A stretch of DNA of 64,000 nt, from the NCBI GenBank assembly GCA_963828255.1, contig CAWHDZ010000038.1, positions 37,207 through 101,206 on the forward strand, read 5' to 3'. This DNA comes from an uncultured delta proteobacterium (GTDB taxonomy: Bacteria > Myxococcota > Myxococcia > Myxococcales > Anaeromyxobacteraceae). Numbering within the stretch: position 1 is the first letter of the stretch; every line of letters begins with the position of its first letter. Positions 1-9,787 of this stretch are shown here, in pieces. The notes below the pieces were generated by a model. That model was given only the letters and a program-made list of their open reading frames with translations. It did no database searches and was not told the origin of the DNA. The position numbers were made by a program, and so were the translations under genes.

Positions 1-203
1 GACGGCGTCCCGCCGCCCAGGAAGAGGGTGGCGCAGGGACGCCCCCCGAAGGCCGGGGCGCGCCGCCGGATCTCCTCGACCACGGCCGCCGCGTAGCGGG
101 CCCCCGGGATGGGGCGGGAGGTGGTGACCGCGAAGTCGCAGTACGGGCAGCGGAAGCTGCACCACGGAAAGTGAACGTAGAGGCCGAACGGACGGGGGGG
201 CAC
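1..203 (-). CDS. hemW: radical SAM heme chaperone HemW (HemN-like), 5' part; truncated by window edge
   Basis: Manual translation from GTG at 203: MPPRPFGLYVHFPWCSFRCPYCDF...TLFLGGGTP; has LYxHxPxCxxxCxYCDF and GGGTP motifs. Confidence 0.85.
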   Translation of the reverse strand, partial: MPPRPFGLYVHFPWCSFRCPYCDFAVTTSRPIPGARYAAAVVEEIRRRAPAFGGRPCATLFLGGGTP

Positions 204-216
204 CGGGGCGGATGCT

Positions 217-1095
217 ATGCTAGCTTCCCGCCGGATGGCCACCTGGTCCCTCACCGCCGAGCTGCCCGCCGACGAGGCCGACGCCTCCACCGCGATCCTC
301 TTCGAGCGCGGCGCCGCAGGCGTCGAGGAGCGGGAGGGAAGCCTCGCCCCCATGCCCGGCGAGCGGCAGCCCGGCGCCGGCCGGGTCATCCTGATCGGGT
401 TCTTCGCCGACGAGGCCGCAGCCCGCGAGGCGGCCGCCGCGCTGGAGACCCCCGCCGACGTGGCCGAGATCCCCGACCGCGACTGGGGCGAGGAGTGGAA
501 GAAGGGGCTGGGTCCCCTGTCGGTCGGTCGCCTGTTCCTGCGTCCGTCCTGGATCGACGCCGCGCCTCCCCCCGGCTCGGCCGAGGTGGTGCTCGACCCG
601 GGCATGGCCTTCGGGACCGGCACCCACGCCACCACCTCGCTCTGCCTCGCGGCCATCGACGCCTTCCTGGCGCGCCGCCCGGGCGCATCGGTCCTCGACG
701 TGGGCACCGGCTCCGGGCTGCTCGCCATCGCGGCGCGCAAGCTGGGCGCGGGACGGGTGGCCGCGAGCGACAACGACCCGGTGGCGGTGGCGGTGGCGGC
801 GGAGAACGCGGAGCGGAACGGCGCCGCGCTGGAGCTGACCGGGAACCCGCCCTCCCTCATCCCCGGCTCCTTCGACCTGGTCGTGGCCAACATCCTCGCC
901 AACGTCCTCGTGGAACTCGCTCCCGACCTGGCGCGGCGCGCCGCTCCGGGCGGCGAGGTGGTGCTGGCCGGCGTCCTCGTGCCCCAGGAGGAGGAGGTCG
1001 CCCAGGCCTTCCTGGCCTGCGGCCTCGAACCCCTCCCCGGCGAGAGGCGCGGGGAGTGGTCGCTCCTCCGCTTCCAGCGGCCGGAGGGGCGTTGA
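217..1095 (+). CDS. prmA: ribosomal protein L11 methyltransferase
   Basis: DW..EWK, LDPGMAFGTGTHATT, VLDVGTGSGLLAI, DLVVANIL motifs; start may be ATG 235. Confidence 0.95.
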   Translation: MLASRRMATWSLTAELPADEADASTAILFERGAAGVEEREGSLAPMPGERQPGAGRVILIGFFADEAAAREAAAALETPADVAEIPDRDWGEEWKKGLGPLSVGRLFLRPSWIDAAPPPGSAEVVLDPGMAFGTGTHATTSLCLAAIDAFLARRPGASVLDVGTGSGLLAIAARKLGAGRVAASDNDPVAVAVAAENAERNGAALELTGNPPSLIPGSFDLVVANILANVLVELAPDLARRAAPGGEVVLAGVLVPQEEEVAQAFLACGLEPLPGERRGEWSLLRFQRPEGR

Positions 1096-1808
1096 CCCGC
1101 CGCCGGCTCCACGTCCCCCCCGACCGGATCGAGGGGACGGTGGCCCGGCCCGATGTCGCGTCGCTCCACTACGTGGCCGACGTGCTGCGGCTGCCGCCCG
1201 GCGCCGTGCTGGAGGTCTTCGACGGGGCGGGAAGCGCCTGGGACGCAACGTTCACGGGTAGTGACTTTCACCTGGGGGAGCGGCGTCCGGCTCCCCTGCC
1301 CGGGGCCACGGTCTGGCTGGCCTTCGCACTCTCCCGGGGAGAGAAGGGGGACTGGATCGTCCAGAAGGCGACCGAACTCGGGGTCTCCCGCCTCGTGCCC
1401 TGGCAGGCGGAGCGGTCGGTGGTCCGGCTCGAGCCCGACCGTGCCGCGGAGCGGGCCCGGCGGTGGCGCCGCATCGCCGAGGAGGCGGCGCGCCAGTGCG
1501 GTCGGGCCGACGTGCCCGAGGTGGCCGTTCCCGGGACGCTGGCCGCCGCGCTGGAGGCGCCCCCGGGGTTCACCCGCATCGCCTTCCACGCCGGGGCCGG
1601 AGCCCCGCTCTCCGGGCTGGCGCGCCCCGGAACCCCCGGGATCCTTGCCGTCCTCGGCCCGGAGGGTGGGCTCACGGATCGTGAAGTGGAGGCCTGCCTC
1701 GCCTCCGGGTGCGGGCTGGCCACCCTGGGCCCCCGGGTGCTGCGGGCCGAGACGGCCGCCGTCGCCGCCGCGGCGCTCCTCCAGCACCTGGCCGGGGACC
1801 TGGGATAG
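1092..1808 (+). CDS. rsmE: 16S rRNA m3U1498 methyltransferase
   Basis: TTG start overlapping prmA stop; HY..VLRL, QKATELGV, EAARQCGR, GPEGG, LGPRVLRAETA. Confidence 0.93.
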   Translation: MTRRRLHVPPDRIEGTVARPDVASLHYVADVLRLPPGAVLEVFDGAGSAWDATFTGSDFHLGERRPAPLPGATVWLAFALSRGEKGDWIVQKATELGVSRLVPWQAERSVVRLEPDRAAERARRWRRIAEEAARQCGRADVPEVAVPGTLAAALEAPPGFTRIAFHAGAGAPLSGLARPGTPGILAVLGPEGGLTDREVEACLASGCGLATLGPRVLRAETAAVAAAALLQHLAGDLG

Positions 1809-1879
1809 CGGCAGATATCCTGGGGTCTCCCTCACCGGCGGCTTGACCGCGCCCGGGTGCGCCGGTACTTCTTCGAGGC

Positions 1880-2653
1880 GTGCAATGCCCCCGCTGCCGG
1901 ACGGAGAACGGCGAGGCCGCCATCCGCTGCTCGGGGTGCGGCGCGCCCATCGCCCTCGGCGACGAGGTGACGGGCACCCGCGTCGATCTCTCCATGCCCC
2001 TCGACCGGCGCTCCGGAAGCCGGGAACGCGCCACGCCCGCCTGGGAGTCGCTCGGCCCGGTCCCCCCGGACTGGGAGATGGCCCCTCCCGCCGAGGCGAC
2101 CCCCGGGGTGGCCCGGGCGCCGGCGCGCCCCGCGCCCCGGCCGCGCCCCCGGGTCCCGGCGCCGCCCGCACCCGACTTCGAGGTCGAGATGCACGTGGAC
2201 GCCGTCGAGGTCCACCGGGTACGGGCGGAAGCCTGGCGCCGCCTGGCCGCATGGGCGGTCGACGGCGCCCTGCTCGGCGCGGTGCTCGCCGCCATGCTCC
2301 TCCCGGTCCTCGGTCCCGCCCTGGGCCCGGGAGGAACCGCGGAGTTCCGCGACGTCGCCGTGCCCGCCGTCCTCGCCGTGGCCCTCGTCGCCTTCGCCTA
2401 CCAGTGGCTGGGGATCGCGCTCACCGGCGCCACCCCGGGCATGCTGGCCGCCGGGTTGCGCGTGGTCGGGCCCGACGGGCGCCGCCCCTCGCCGGGAAGG
2501 GCGGCGGGGCGCAGCGGGCTGGCCCTCCTCTCGGCGGCGGTGCTCGGCATGGGGGTCCTCCTGGCATTGTTCACCAAGAGTGGAAGGGGCGCCCACGACA
2601 TCGGCGCCGATACCTGGGTGGTCCTCTCCGCCCGGAGGCAGGCGACGCCATGA
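1880..2653 (+). CDS. RDD-family membrane protein with N-terminal zinc ribbon
   Basis: CPRC...CSGCG N-terminus; WRRLAAWAVD, GATPG..GLRVV, GRGAHD motifs; hydrophobic segments. Confidence 0.8.
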   Translation: MQCPRCRTENGEAAIRCSGCGAPIALGDEVTGTRVDLSMPLDRRSGSRERATPAWESLGPVPPDWEMAPPAEATPGVARAPARPAPRPRPRVPAPPAPDFEVEMHVDAVEVHRVRAEAWRRLAAWAVDGALLGAVLAAMLLPVLGPALGPGGTAEFRDVAVPAVLAVALVAFAYQWLGIALTGATPGMLAAGLRVVGPDGRRPSPGRAAGRSGLALLSAAVLGMGVLLALFTKSGRGAHDIGADTWVVLSARRQATP

Positions 2654-4844
2654 GCGAGGCCCTCCTCTCCCGGCTGGTCGCCGACGGCGCCATCACCCGC
2701 GAGGACGCCGACCGCGTCGCCGCGCGCCTGGCCCGGACCGGGGGCGCGGTGGACAGCGTCCTCCTCGAGCTGCACCTCGTGCCGGCGTCGCGCCTCCCGG
2801 AGATCCTGGCCCGGGTCAGCGGGCTTCCCACGGCGCCCGACACCGCCTTCACCGCCCCCGATCCGCGGGCGCGCCGCGTCTTCCCCGCCAAGGTCGCCGA
2901 GCGGCACGCCGTCGCCCCCTTCGCGCTGGACGGCCGCGAGCTCTCGGTGGTCACCACCTACCCACCCGACAAGAGCCTCCTCGAGGAGCTCGGCTTCCTG
3001 CTCTCGCTGCACCTGCGGGCCCACGTGGCGCCCGAATGGCGCGTCCGCGCGCTGGTGCAGCAGCTCTACGGGACGCCCCTTCCGGAGCGGCTGGTCGCGC
3101 TGGGGGCAGCGCCCGCGCCTGCCCCGTCCGCCGAGGCCCCTGACTTCGCCGAGACCCCGGTGGCCCGGGAGGAGCCGGAGCCGGCCGCGATCCGGGCGCC
3201 GGACTGGACGCCGGACCAGGCCCGCCAGGCCATGGCCGAGGCCGATGGACCCGACGAGGCCATCCGGGTGGCGCTGCGCGCCGCGCGCGACCGCTTCTCC
3301 TACGCCGCGGCCTTCTCGGCCCGGCGCGACACCATCGTGGGCCTGGACGCGCTGGGGCTCGACCCGCGCGCGCGGGAGGCCTGCCGGCGCGTCGCCGTGG
3401 ACCTGGCCGAGCCCGGGCTCTTCGGCCCTCCGCTCGAGACCCGGGCGCCGTACCTCGGCCCCCCGCCCACCGACCCGGTGACCTCCTCGGTCCTCTCCGG
3501 CCTGGGAAGGGTGGGACCGAGAACGGTGCTCGTCGCCCCGGTGTCCATCGGGGATCGCGTGGCGTGCGTGATCTACGCCGACAACGACGACGAGCCGGTG
3601 TCGTCGGGTCACATCGGGGGGCTCTTCCCGCTGCTCGGTGCGCTCGCCGACTCGCTGGCCCGGATGATCCGCGAACGAAAGGGCGGCGGGGGGCACAGGG
3701 AGAAGGAGGCGGGGCAGCGGCGACCGGAGGCGGAGCCGGAGCCGCAGCAGGAGCCGCCGCCAGGACCGGAACCCCGGCAGGAACCGGAGCCCGTGCCGCG
3801 GCCGCGCCCGCAGGCGCGCCCCACTCCCGCGCCCGTGTCGCCGCTCGACGCCCCGCAAGGCCGTCCACCGCCCGGCGAGGAGTGGAGCGTCGTCGAGCCG
3901 GCCCGCGCCGAGCCCCAGCCCCTGCGCTTCGCGGTCGACGTGGACCTCGGCGAGTACGAGGTGATCAGCGCCGGAGAGGCGCTCGCCAGCGGACGGGCCG
4001 AGGATCTCCCGTCGCTCGTCGAGGCGCTGGCCGCGAGCCACCGCGACTCGGACGACCGCAGGGAGCTCGTCTCCCGGCTCGTCGCCGGCGGGCCCGAGGC
4101 GGCCGTGGCGCTGGTGGCCCGCCTCCCGGGTCCCGTCGAGTCGGGGGGCACGCTCGGTGAATCGGTCCCGGTCGAGGAATGGGCCCCATCTTCGCCGGCC
4201 TCGTTGCCGCCGGACGCGTCGCGGAGAGGCCGCTCCTCGACACCCTCGAGGACGCCGATCCGGAACGGAGGCGCGCGGCCGTCGCGCTGCTGTCGCGTCT
4301 CGGGACCCCCGGATCGATCCCGGGCGTGGCCGCGCTCGTCCAGGACGACGACGAATCGGTCGCCACCGAGGCCGCCCGCGCCCTCGCCGCCGCGCGCGGG
4401 ACGCCGGCGCTCGGACCCATCGTCGCCGAGGTCCGGCGGGCGCTGGCATCGGGCCGCCCGGTCAAGGCGACGCGGGCCGCCCGGGCCCTCGCGCTGCTCG
4501 GCGACGCCGACTCGGTGCCCGTGCTCATCCAGCTCCTCGAAGGGGGAGGCGAGCTGGCCGCGGCCGCGTCCGAGGCGCTCTCCGCGATCACCCTGCAGCG
4601 CCTGGGGCCCGACTCCATGCGCTGGATCGCCTGGTGGCGGGAGTGGCGCGTCGCCCCGCGATCGAGCTGGCTCTTCCAGGCGCTCGGAAGTCCCGACCCC
4701 GGCCTGCGCAGGCGCGCCGCCGCCGAGCTCCGCCGCGCCGGCGAGCCGCCCGACCCCTACGATCCCGACGGCCCGGAGCCCGAGCGGCAGCGCTCCGCGC
4801 GCACCTGGGCCGCCTGGTGGCGCGAGGAGGGGCTCGCGCTCTAG
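2650..4844 (+). CDS. GspE/MshEN N-terminal-domain protein with GAF-like region, Pro/Glu linker and HEAT repeats; frameshift near 4180
   Basis: ATG 2650 (MSEALLSRLVADGAIT...VFPAKVAERHAVAPF) in frame of ORF 1153..4923; continues in frame of ORF 4179..4844 (HEAT-like). Adding one G in gaat-ggg-cccc gives EEWGPIF. Confidence 0.65.
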
Positions 4845-4871
4845 GCCGGGCCTCGCTATCCTCCTCCCCTC

Positions 4872-6434
4872 ATGTCGAAGCCAGTCGATCCCGACCCCCG
4901 TCGCGCGCTGCTCGACGCCATGAACGACGCCGCCGAGCGCGGCGGCGGCGAGGAGCGCATCGCCCGCCAGCACGAGGCCGGCAAGCTCACGGCTCGCGAG
5001 CGCATCGACCTCTTCCTCGACCCCGGGACCTTCGTCGAGGTGGACAAGTTCAAGACCCACCGCAGCGCAGACTTCGGGATGGAGAAGCAGAAGATCCCCG
5101 GCGACGGCGTGGTCGTCGGCCACGGGCGTGTCGAGGGGCGCCAGGTCTTCGTCTTCGCACAGGACTTCACGGTCTTCGGCGGCTCGGTCTCCCGGGCCTA
5201 CGCCGAGAAGATCTGCAAGGTGATGGACCTGGCGATCCAGGTGGGCTGCCCGGTGGTGGGGCTGCACGACTCGGGCGGCGCCCGGGTGCAGGAGGGGGTC
5301 GAGGCGCTGGCTGGATACGCCGACGTCTTCCTGCGCAACACGCTGGCCTCCGGGGTGATCCCGCAGATCTCGGTCATCATGGGCCCGTGCGCCGGCGGCG
5401 CGGTCTACGGCCCGGCCATCACCGACTTCGTCTTCATGGTGAAAGGCGCCTCCTCGATGTTCCTGAACGGCCCGGAGGTGATCCGGGCGGTGACGCACGA
5501 GGAGGTCACCAAGGAGGAACTGGGCGGCGCACGCGCCCACGCCACCCGCTCGGGCGTGGCCCACTTCGCCTTCGACACCGAGGAGGCGACGCTCAAGGCG
5601 GTCCGGGAACTCCTCTCCTTCCTCCCCCCGAACGCGGCCGACGACCCTCCTGCCATTCCCTGCACCGACGACGCCGGGCGGATGGACGCGGTGCTGAAGA
5701 CCATCGTCCCCGAGAATCCCAACCGTCCTTACGAGATCCGCGAGGTCATCCGGGCGGTGGTGGACGATCGCCACCTCTTCGAGGTGGCCCGCCGCTTCGC
5801 CGAGAACGTGGTCTGCGGCTTCGCGCGGCTGGGCGGACGCCCGGTGGGCGTGGTGGCGAACCAGCCGGCGGTGCTCGCCGGGGTGCTCGACTCCGATGCC
5901 TCGGTGAAGGCCGCCCGCTTCGTGCGGTTCTGCGACGCCTTCGAGATCCCGCTGCTCACCTTCGTGGACGTCCCCGGCTTCCTCCCCGGCGCCACGCAGG
6001 AGTGGGGCGGCCTCATCCGTCACGGCGCCAAGCTCCTCTACGCCTACGCCGAGGCCACCGTGCCCAAGGTGACGGTCATCACCCGGCGGGCCTGGGGCGT
6101 GGCCTACGACGTCATGGCGTCGAAGCACCTGCGAGCCGACGTGAACCTGGCCTGGCCCACCGCCGAGATCGCGGTCACCAGCCCCGAGGGTGCGGTGAAC
6201 GTCATCTACCGCAAGGAGATCTCCTCCTCGGAAGATCCGGCCGCCGAGCGGGCGCGGCTCACCGCCGAGTACCGGGAGCAGTTCGCCAACCCGTACCGCG
6301 CCGCCGAGCTGGGATACGTGGACGAGGTGCTGAAGCCGGAGGAGACGCGACCGCGGGTCATCCGCGCCTTCGAGATGCTTCGCACGAAGCGGCAGGAGAC
6401 CCCTCCCCGGAAGCACGGGAACGTCCCGCTCTGA
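4872..6434 (+). CDS. pccB: acyl-CoA (propionyl/methylmalonyl-CoA-type) carboxylase carboxyltransferase subunit, with atypical motifs
   Basis: [51 protein letters not shown]-terminus. Confidence 0.85.
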   Translation: MSKPVDPDPRRALLDAMNDAAERGGGEERIARQHEAGKLTARERIDLFLDPGTFVEVDKFKTHRSADFGMEKQKIPGDGVVVGHGRVEGRQVFVFAQDFTVFGGSVSRAYAEKICKVMDLAIQVGCPVVGLHDSGGARVQEGVEALAGYADVFLRNTLASGVIPQISVIMGPCAGGAVYGPAITDFVFMVKGASSMFLNGPEVIRAVTHEEVTKEELGGARAHATRSGVAHFAFDTEEATLKAVRELLSFLPPNAADDPPAIPCTDDAGRMDAVLKTIVPENPNRPYEIREVIRAVVDDRHLFEVARRFAENVVCGFARLGGRPVGVVANQPAVLAGVLDSDASVKAARFVRFCDAFEIPLLTFVDVPGFLPGATQEWGGLIRHGAKLLYAYAEATVPKVTVITRRAWGVAYDVMASKHLRADVNLAWPTAEIAVTSPEGAVNVIYRKEISSSEDPAAERARLTAEYREQFANPYRAAELGYVDEVLKPEETRPRVIRAFEMLRTKRQETPPRKHGNVPL

Positions 6435-6456
6435 TCCCTTCCGTGGGCCTCTTCCG

Positions 6457-7602
6457 ATGACCGGCGTCGCGCTCGTGCTCCTCTCCTTCGCCGGTGTGGG
6501 ACTGGCCATGCTCGCGGTCGAGGGACGCGCGCTGCGGCGTCAGCTCTCCGGTTCCGCTCCGGTTCCGCGCGGCTCGGCGGGCATCTCGGTGTTGAAGCCG
6601 TTGCGCGGTGTCGACGACGATCTCGAGGCCAACCTGGCCTCCTTCGCCGACCAGGAGTGGCCGTGCGAGGTGCTGCTCGGGCTCCACGACGACGCCGACC
6701 CGGCCGCGCCGGTGGCCCACGCGGCCGCCCTGCGCTGGCCCGGGCGATTCCGGGTGGTGGTCCAGGGGCCCGACCTGGGGATGAACCCCAAGGTGAGCCA
6801 GCTCGCCGCGCTCGTGGCCGCGGCCCGCCACGAACTGCTCGTCATCTCCGATTCCAACGTGCGGGTCCAGCCCGGCTACCTCGCCGAGATCGCGGCCCGG
6901 CTCGAGGACCCGGAGGTCGGCCTCGTCACCCACCTCATCGCCGGGGTGGGGGAGCGGAGCGAGGGAGCGCTCCTCGAGAACCTTCACCTGTCGGGCGGGG
7001 TGGCCACCGGGATCGCCGCCGCCAAGGCCATCGCCGGCCGCGACGTGGTCATGGGCAAGTCCATGGCGCTCCGCCGCGCGGACCTCGACGCGATGGGCGG
7101 GTTCGAGCCGGTCAAGGACCTGCTCGCCGAGGACTTCGTCATCGGGCAGATGGTCCCGAGGTTGCTCGGCAAGCGGGTGGAGCTGGCGTCCCGGCCGGTG
7201 CAGAACGTGGTCCAGGCCCGGACCGCGGTCCAGTTCTTCCACCGCGCCCGGCGCTGGGCCGTCCTCCAGCACGCACTCGTGGGGCCGTGGCTCTACGCCG
7301 CGCAGGTCATCCACAATCCCCTCCTCTTCGCCACCCTGGCGCTGTTCGTCGCCCCGGGGTCGTGGACGGCGGCGGCCTGGCTCACGGTGGCCGGTGCCCG
7401 GGCGCTCCTCGATGGCGCCGCCGGAGAGGCCCTCCGCCCCACCGGGTTCCGCGCCTCCCAGCTCCTGCGCGTGCCGGTGAAGGACCTCCTCCTCGGCCTG
7501 GCCTGGGTGGAGGGCTTCTTCCGGCGCACGGTGAACTGGCGCGGCAACAGGCTCCGGGTGCTTCCCGGAACCCGGCTCGCGCCTCCGGGCGCCTCCCGTT
7601 AG
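6457..7602 (+). CDS. GT2/GT21 glycosyltransferase (ceramide glucosyltransferase/HpnI-like)
   Basis: SVLKPLRG, NPKV, ISDSN, LAEDF, RRW motifs; N- and C-terminal TM segments; WRG near end. Confidence 0.85.
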   Translation: MTGVALVLLSFAGVGLAMLAVEGRALRRQLSGSAPVPRGSAGISVLKPLRGVDDDLEANLASFADQEWPCEVLLGLHDDADPAAPVAHAAALRWPGRFRVVVQGPDLGMNPKVSQLAALVAAARHELLVISDSNVRVQPGYLAEIAARLEDPEVGLVTHLIAGVGERSEGALLENLHLSGGVATGIAAAKAIAGRDVVMGKSMALRRADLDAMGGFEPVKDLLAEDFVIGQMVPRLLGKRVELASRPVQNVVQARTAVQFFHRARRWAVLQHALVGPWLYAAQVIHNPLLFATLALFVAPGSWTAAAWLTVAGARALLDGAAGEALRPTGFRASQLLRVPVKDLLLGLAWVEGFFRRTVNWRGNRLRVLPGTRLAPPGASR

Positions 7603-7618
7603 AGTCCGTCAGGACGCC

Positions 7619-8953
7619 ATGGACATTCCCACCGACCCGACGCCCGCCCTCCCTGGCGTGAAGCCGCTCGTGGTGGCCGTGGACATGGGCTACGGCCACC
7701 TGCGCGCCGCTCGCCCCATCGCCCGGGCGCTGGGTGTGGAGATCACCCACGTGGACCGTCCACCGCTCGTGGGCCCCGACGAGCTGAAGGTCTGGGACCG
7801 CGTGCGCTCCGCCTACGAGTGGACCAGCCGCGCCTCCCAGCTCCCCTACCTGGGGCGCCCGTTCCGCTGGGCGCTCGAGTCGGTCACCGACATCCCCCAC
7901 CTGCACCCGTACCGGGACCTGTCGGCGCCCACCCGCGGCGTCGCCACGGTGGAACGGCTGGTGCGGAGCCGCGACCTGGGCAAGGGGCTGGTGGCCCGGA
8001 TGAAGGAGACCGGCGAGCCGCTCGTCGCCACCTTCTACTCCCCGGCCATCGCCGCCGACGCGGCCGGCCTCCCCAACGTCTGGTGCGTCGTCACCGACAG
8101 TGACATCAACCGGGTCTGGGCGCCGCGCGACACCGCCAGCAGCGGCATCCACTACCTCGTCCCCAGCCCGCGGGCCGGCCGGCGGCTCCAGAGCTACGGC
8201 GTGCCCGCTCACCGGATCTCCCTCACCGGCTTCCCGCTGCCCCACGAGCTCCTGGGGGGGCGCGACCTCTCCGCGCTGCGCCGCAACCTGGGGGCGCGGC
8301 TCGTCCGGCTCGACCCGGCCCGGACCTTCCGCGGCGATTACCGGGAGGAGCTCGCGCTCTTCCTCGGGCCGCTCCCCGAGGAGGAGGAGGGGCGGCCGCC
8401 CACGCTCACCTTCGCGGTGGGGGGCGCCGGAGCCCAGGCCGAGATGGCGCACCAGTTCCTGCCCGGGATGCGCGGCGCCCTCGAGGAGGGCAAGCTCCGC
8501 CTGGTTCTGGTGGCCGGGGTCCGGGGCGCCGTCGAGGCGCGCTTCCGCGAGGAGATCCAGCTGGCCGGCCTGGAGGGGGCGCTCGGCAAGGGGCTCGAGA
8601 TCCTGCGCGCCGACTCGCTGGAGGAGTACTTCGACCGCTTCGACGCGGCCATGGCCCGGACCGACGCCCTCTGGACCAAGCCCTCCGAGCTCTCCTTCTA
8701 CGCCGCGCTCGGCCTGCCGCTGGTCTTCGCCCCCCCGGTGGGCGTTCACGAGCGCTACAACCGGCGCTGGGTGCGCGAGAGCGGCGCCGGAGTGGTCCAG
8801 CGCAACCCGGCGGCGGCCTGGCAGTGGTTCTCCGACTGGCTGGAGGACGGCACGCTGGCGGGTGCGGCCTGGTCGGGCTTCACGCGGCTGCCCAAGCACG
8901 GGCTCTACCGGATCCTCGACCAGGTCGCGGCCGGCGCCGCAGGGGGAGGGTGA
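7619..8953 (+). CDS. hypothetical protein with GT-B (MGDG-synthase-like) features
   Basis: DMGYGHLRAA N-terminus, VVTD, TGFP, TKPSE..FYAALGLP resemble GT-B glycosyltransferases. Confidence 0.6.
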   Translation: MDIPTDPTPALPGVKPLVVAVDMGYGHLRAARPIARALGVEITHVDRPPLVGPDELKVWDRVRSAYEWTSRASQLPYLGRPFRWALESVTDIPHLHPYRDLSAPTRGVATVERLVRSRDLGKGLVARMKETGEPLVATFYSPAIAADAAGLPNVWCVVTDSDINRVWAPRDTASSGIHYLVPSPRAGRRLQSYGVPAHRISLTGFPLPHELLGGRDLSALRRNLGARLVRLDPARTFRGDYREELALFLGPLPEEEEGRPPTLTFAVGGAGAQAEMAHQFLPGMRGALEEGKLRLVLVAGVRGAVEARFREEIQLAGLEGALGKGLEILRADSLEEYFDRFDAAMARTDALWTKPSELSFYAALGLPLVFAPPVGVHERYNRRWVRESGAGVVQRNPAAAWQWFSDWLEDGTLAGAAWSGFTRLPKHGLYRILDQVAAGAAGGG

Positions 8954-9733
8954 CTGGAAGCGGCGTTCTACGAGCCGATGGGCGAGGGGCGCTTCCGCGC
9001 CACGGCCGCCACCATCGGCCCCTGGGCTCCCGGCCTCCAGCACGGCGGCCCGCCCTCGGCTCTGCTCGCCCACCTTCTGGAGCGGCTCTCCCCGCGCCCC
9101 GGCGCCCGCATCGCCCGGCTGTCGGTGGAGCTGCTCGGCCCCGTCGAGGTGGGGGAGATGAAGGTGTCGGCCGTGGTGGAGCGCCCCGGCAAGCGCGTCC
9201 AGCTGCTCTCGGCGCGGGCCGAGGTGAACGGACGGGAGACCTTGCGGGCGCTCGCCTGGCAGCTCTCGGCCGAGCCGGGTCGCAGCCCCGTCGTCGGTCC
9301 GCGCGAGCCGGCGCCTCCGCTCCCGGCGCCGCAGCTCCAGCAATTCTTCCCCGGCCTGCCGGCGTTCCCCTACGGCGAGGCGCTGGAGTGGAGATTCACC
9401 GAAGGTGGATTCAACGAGCCGGGGCCCGCCACGGTCTGGAGCCGCTGCCGGATCCCGCTGGTGGCCGGCGAGCCGCTCACCGGGCTCACCCGGCTCGTGA
9501 CCATGGTGGACTCGGCCAACGGCATCAGCTGGGAGCTTCCGCTGGGACGCTTCACCTTCGTGCCGGTGGACATGAACCTGGTGCTGCGCCGGCTGCCCGA
9601 GGGGGAGTGGGTGGGCATGGCGGCGAGGACCACGGTGGAGGGCGATGGCATCGGCATGGTCCGCACGCGCCTCTTCGACGCCAGCGGGATGCTGGGCGAG
9701 GGGCTGCACACGCTCTTCGTGGCGCCGCTCTGA
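8950..9733 (+). CDS. thioesterase-family (double hot-dog) protein; start uncertain
   Basis: GPW..GLQHGGPPSALLA, VERPGKRVQL, DSANG motifs; ORF track starts 8978 but EAAFYEP lies upstream; GTG at 8950 needs a 1-nt correction. Confidence 0.75.
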
Positions 9734-9787
9734 CCGGCGCGTCGGCGTGGCGGCGGCGAGGGGCGGCGGTTAGCTCCCCCGATCACG

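Noticed and set aside
8940..8980. Selenocysteine or read-through fusion at TGA 8951 (next ORF is in frame)
   Set aside because: Position is a non-catalytic Gly-rich end; removing one G gives an ordinary overlapping GTG start (MTEAAFYEP).
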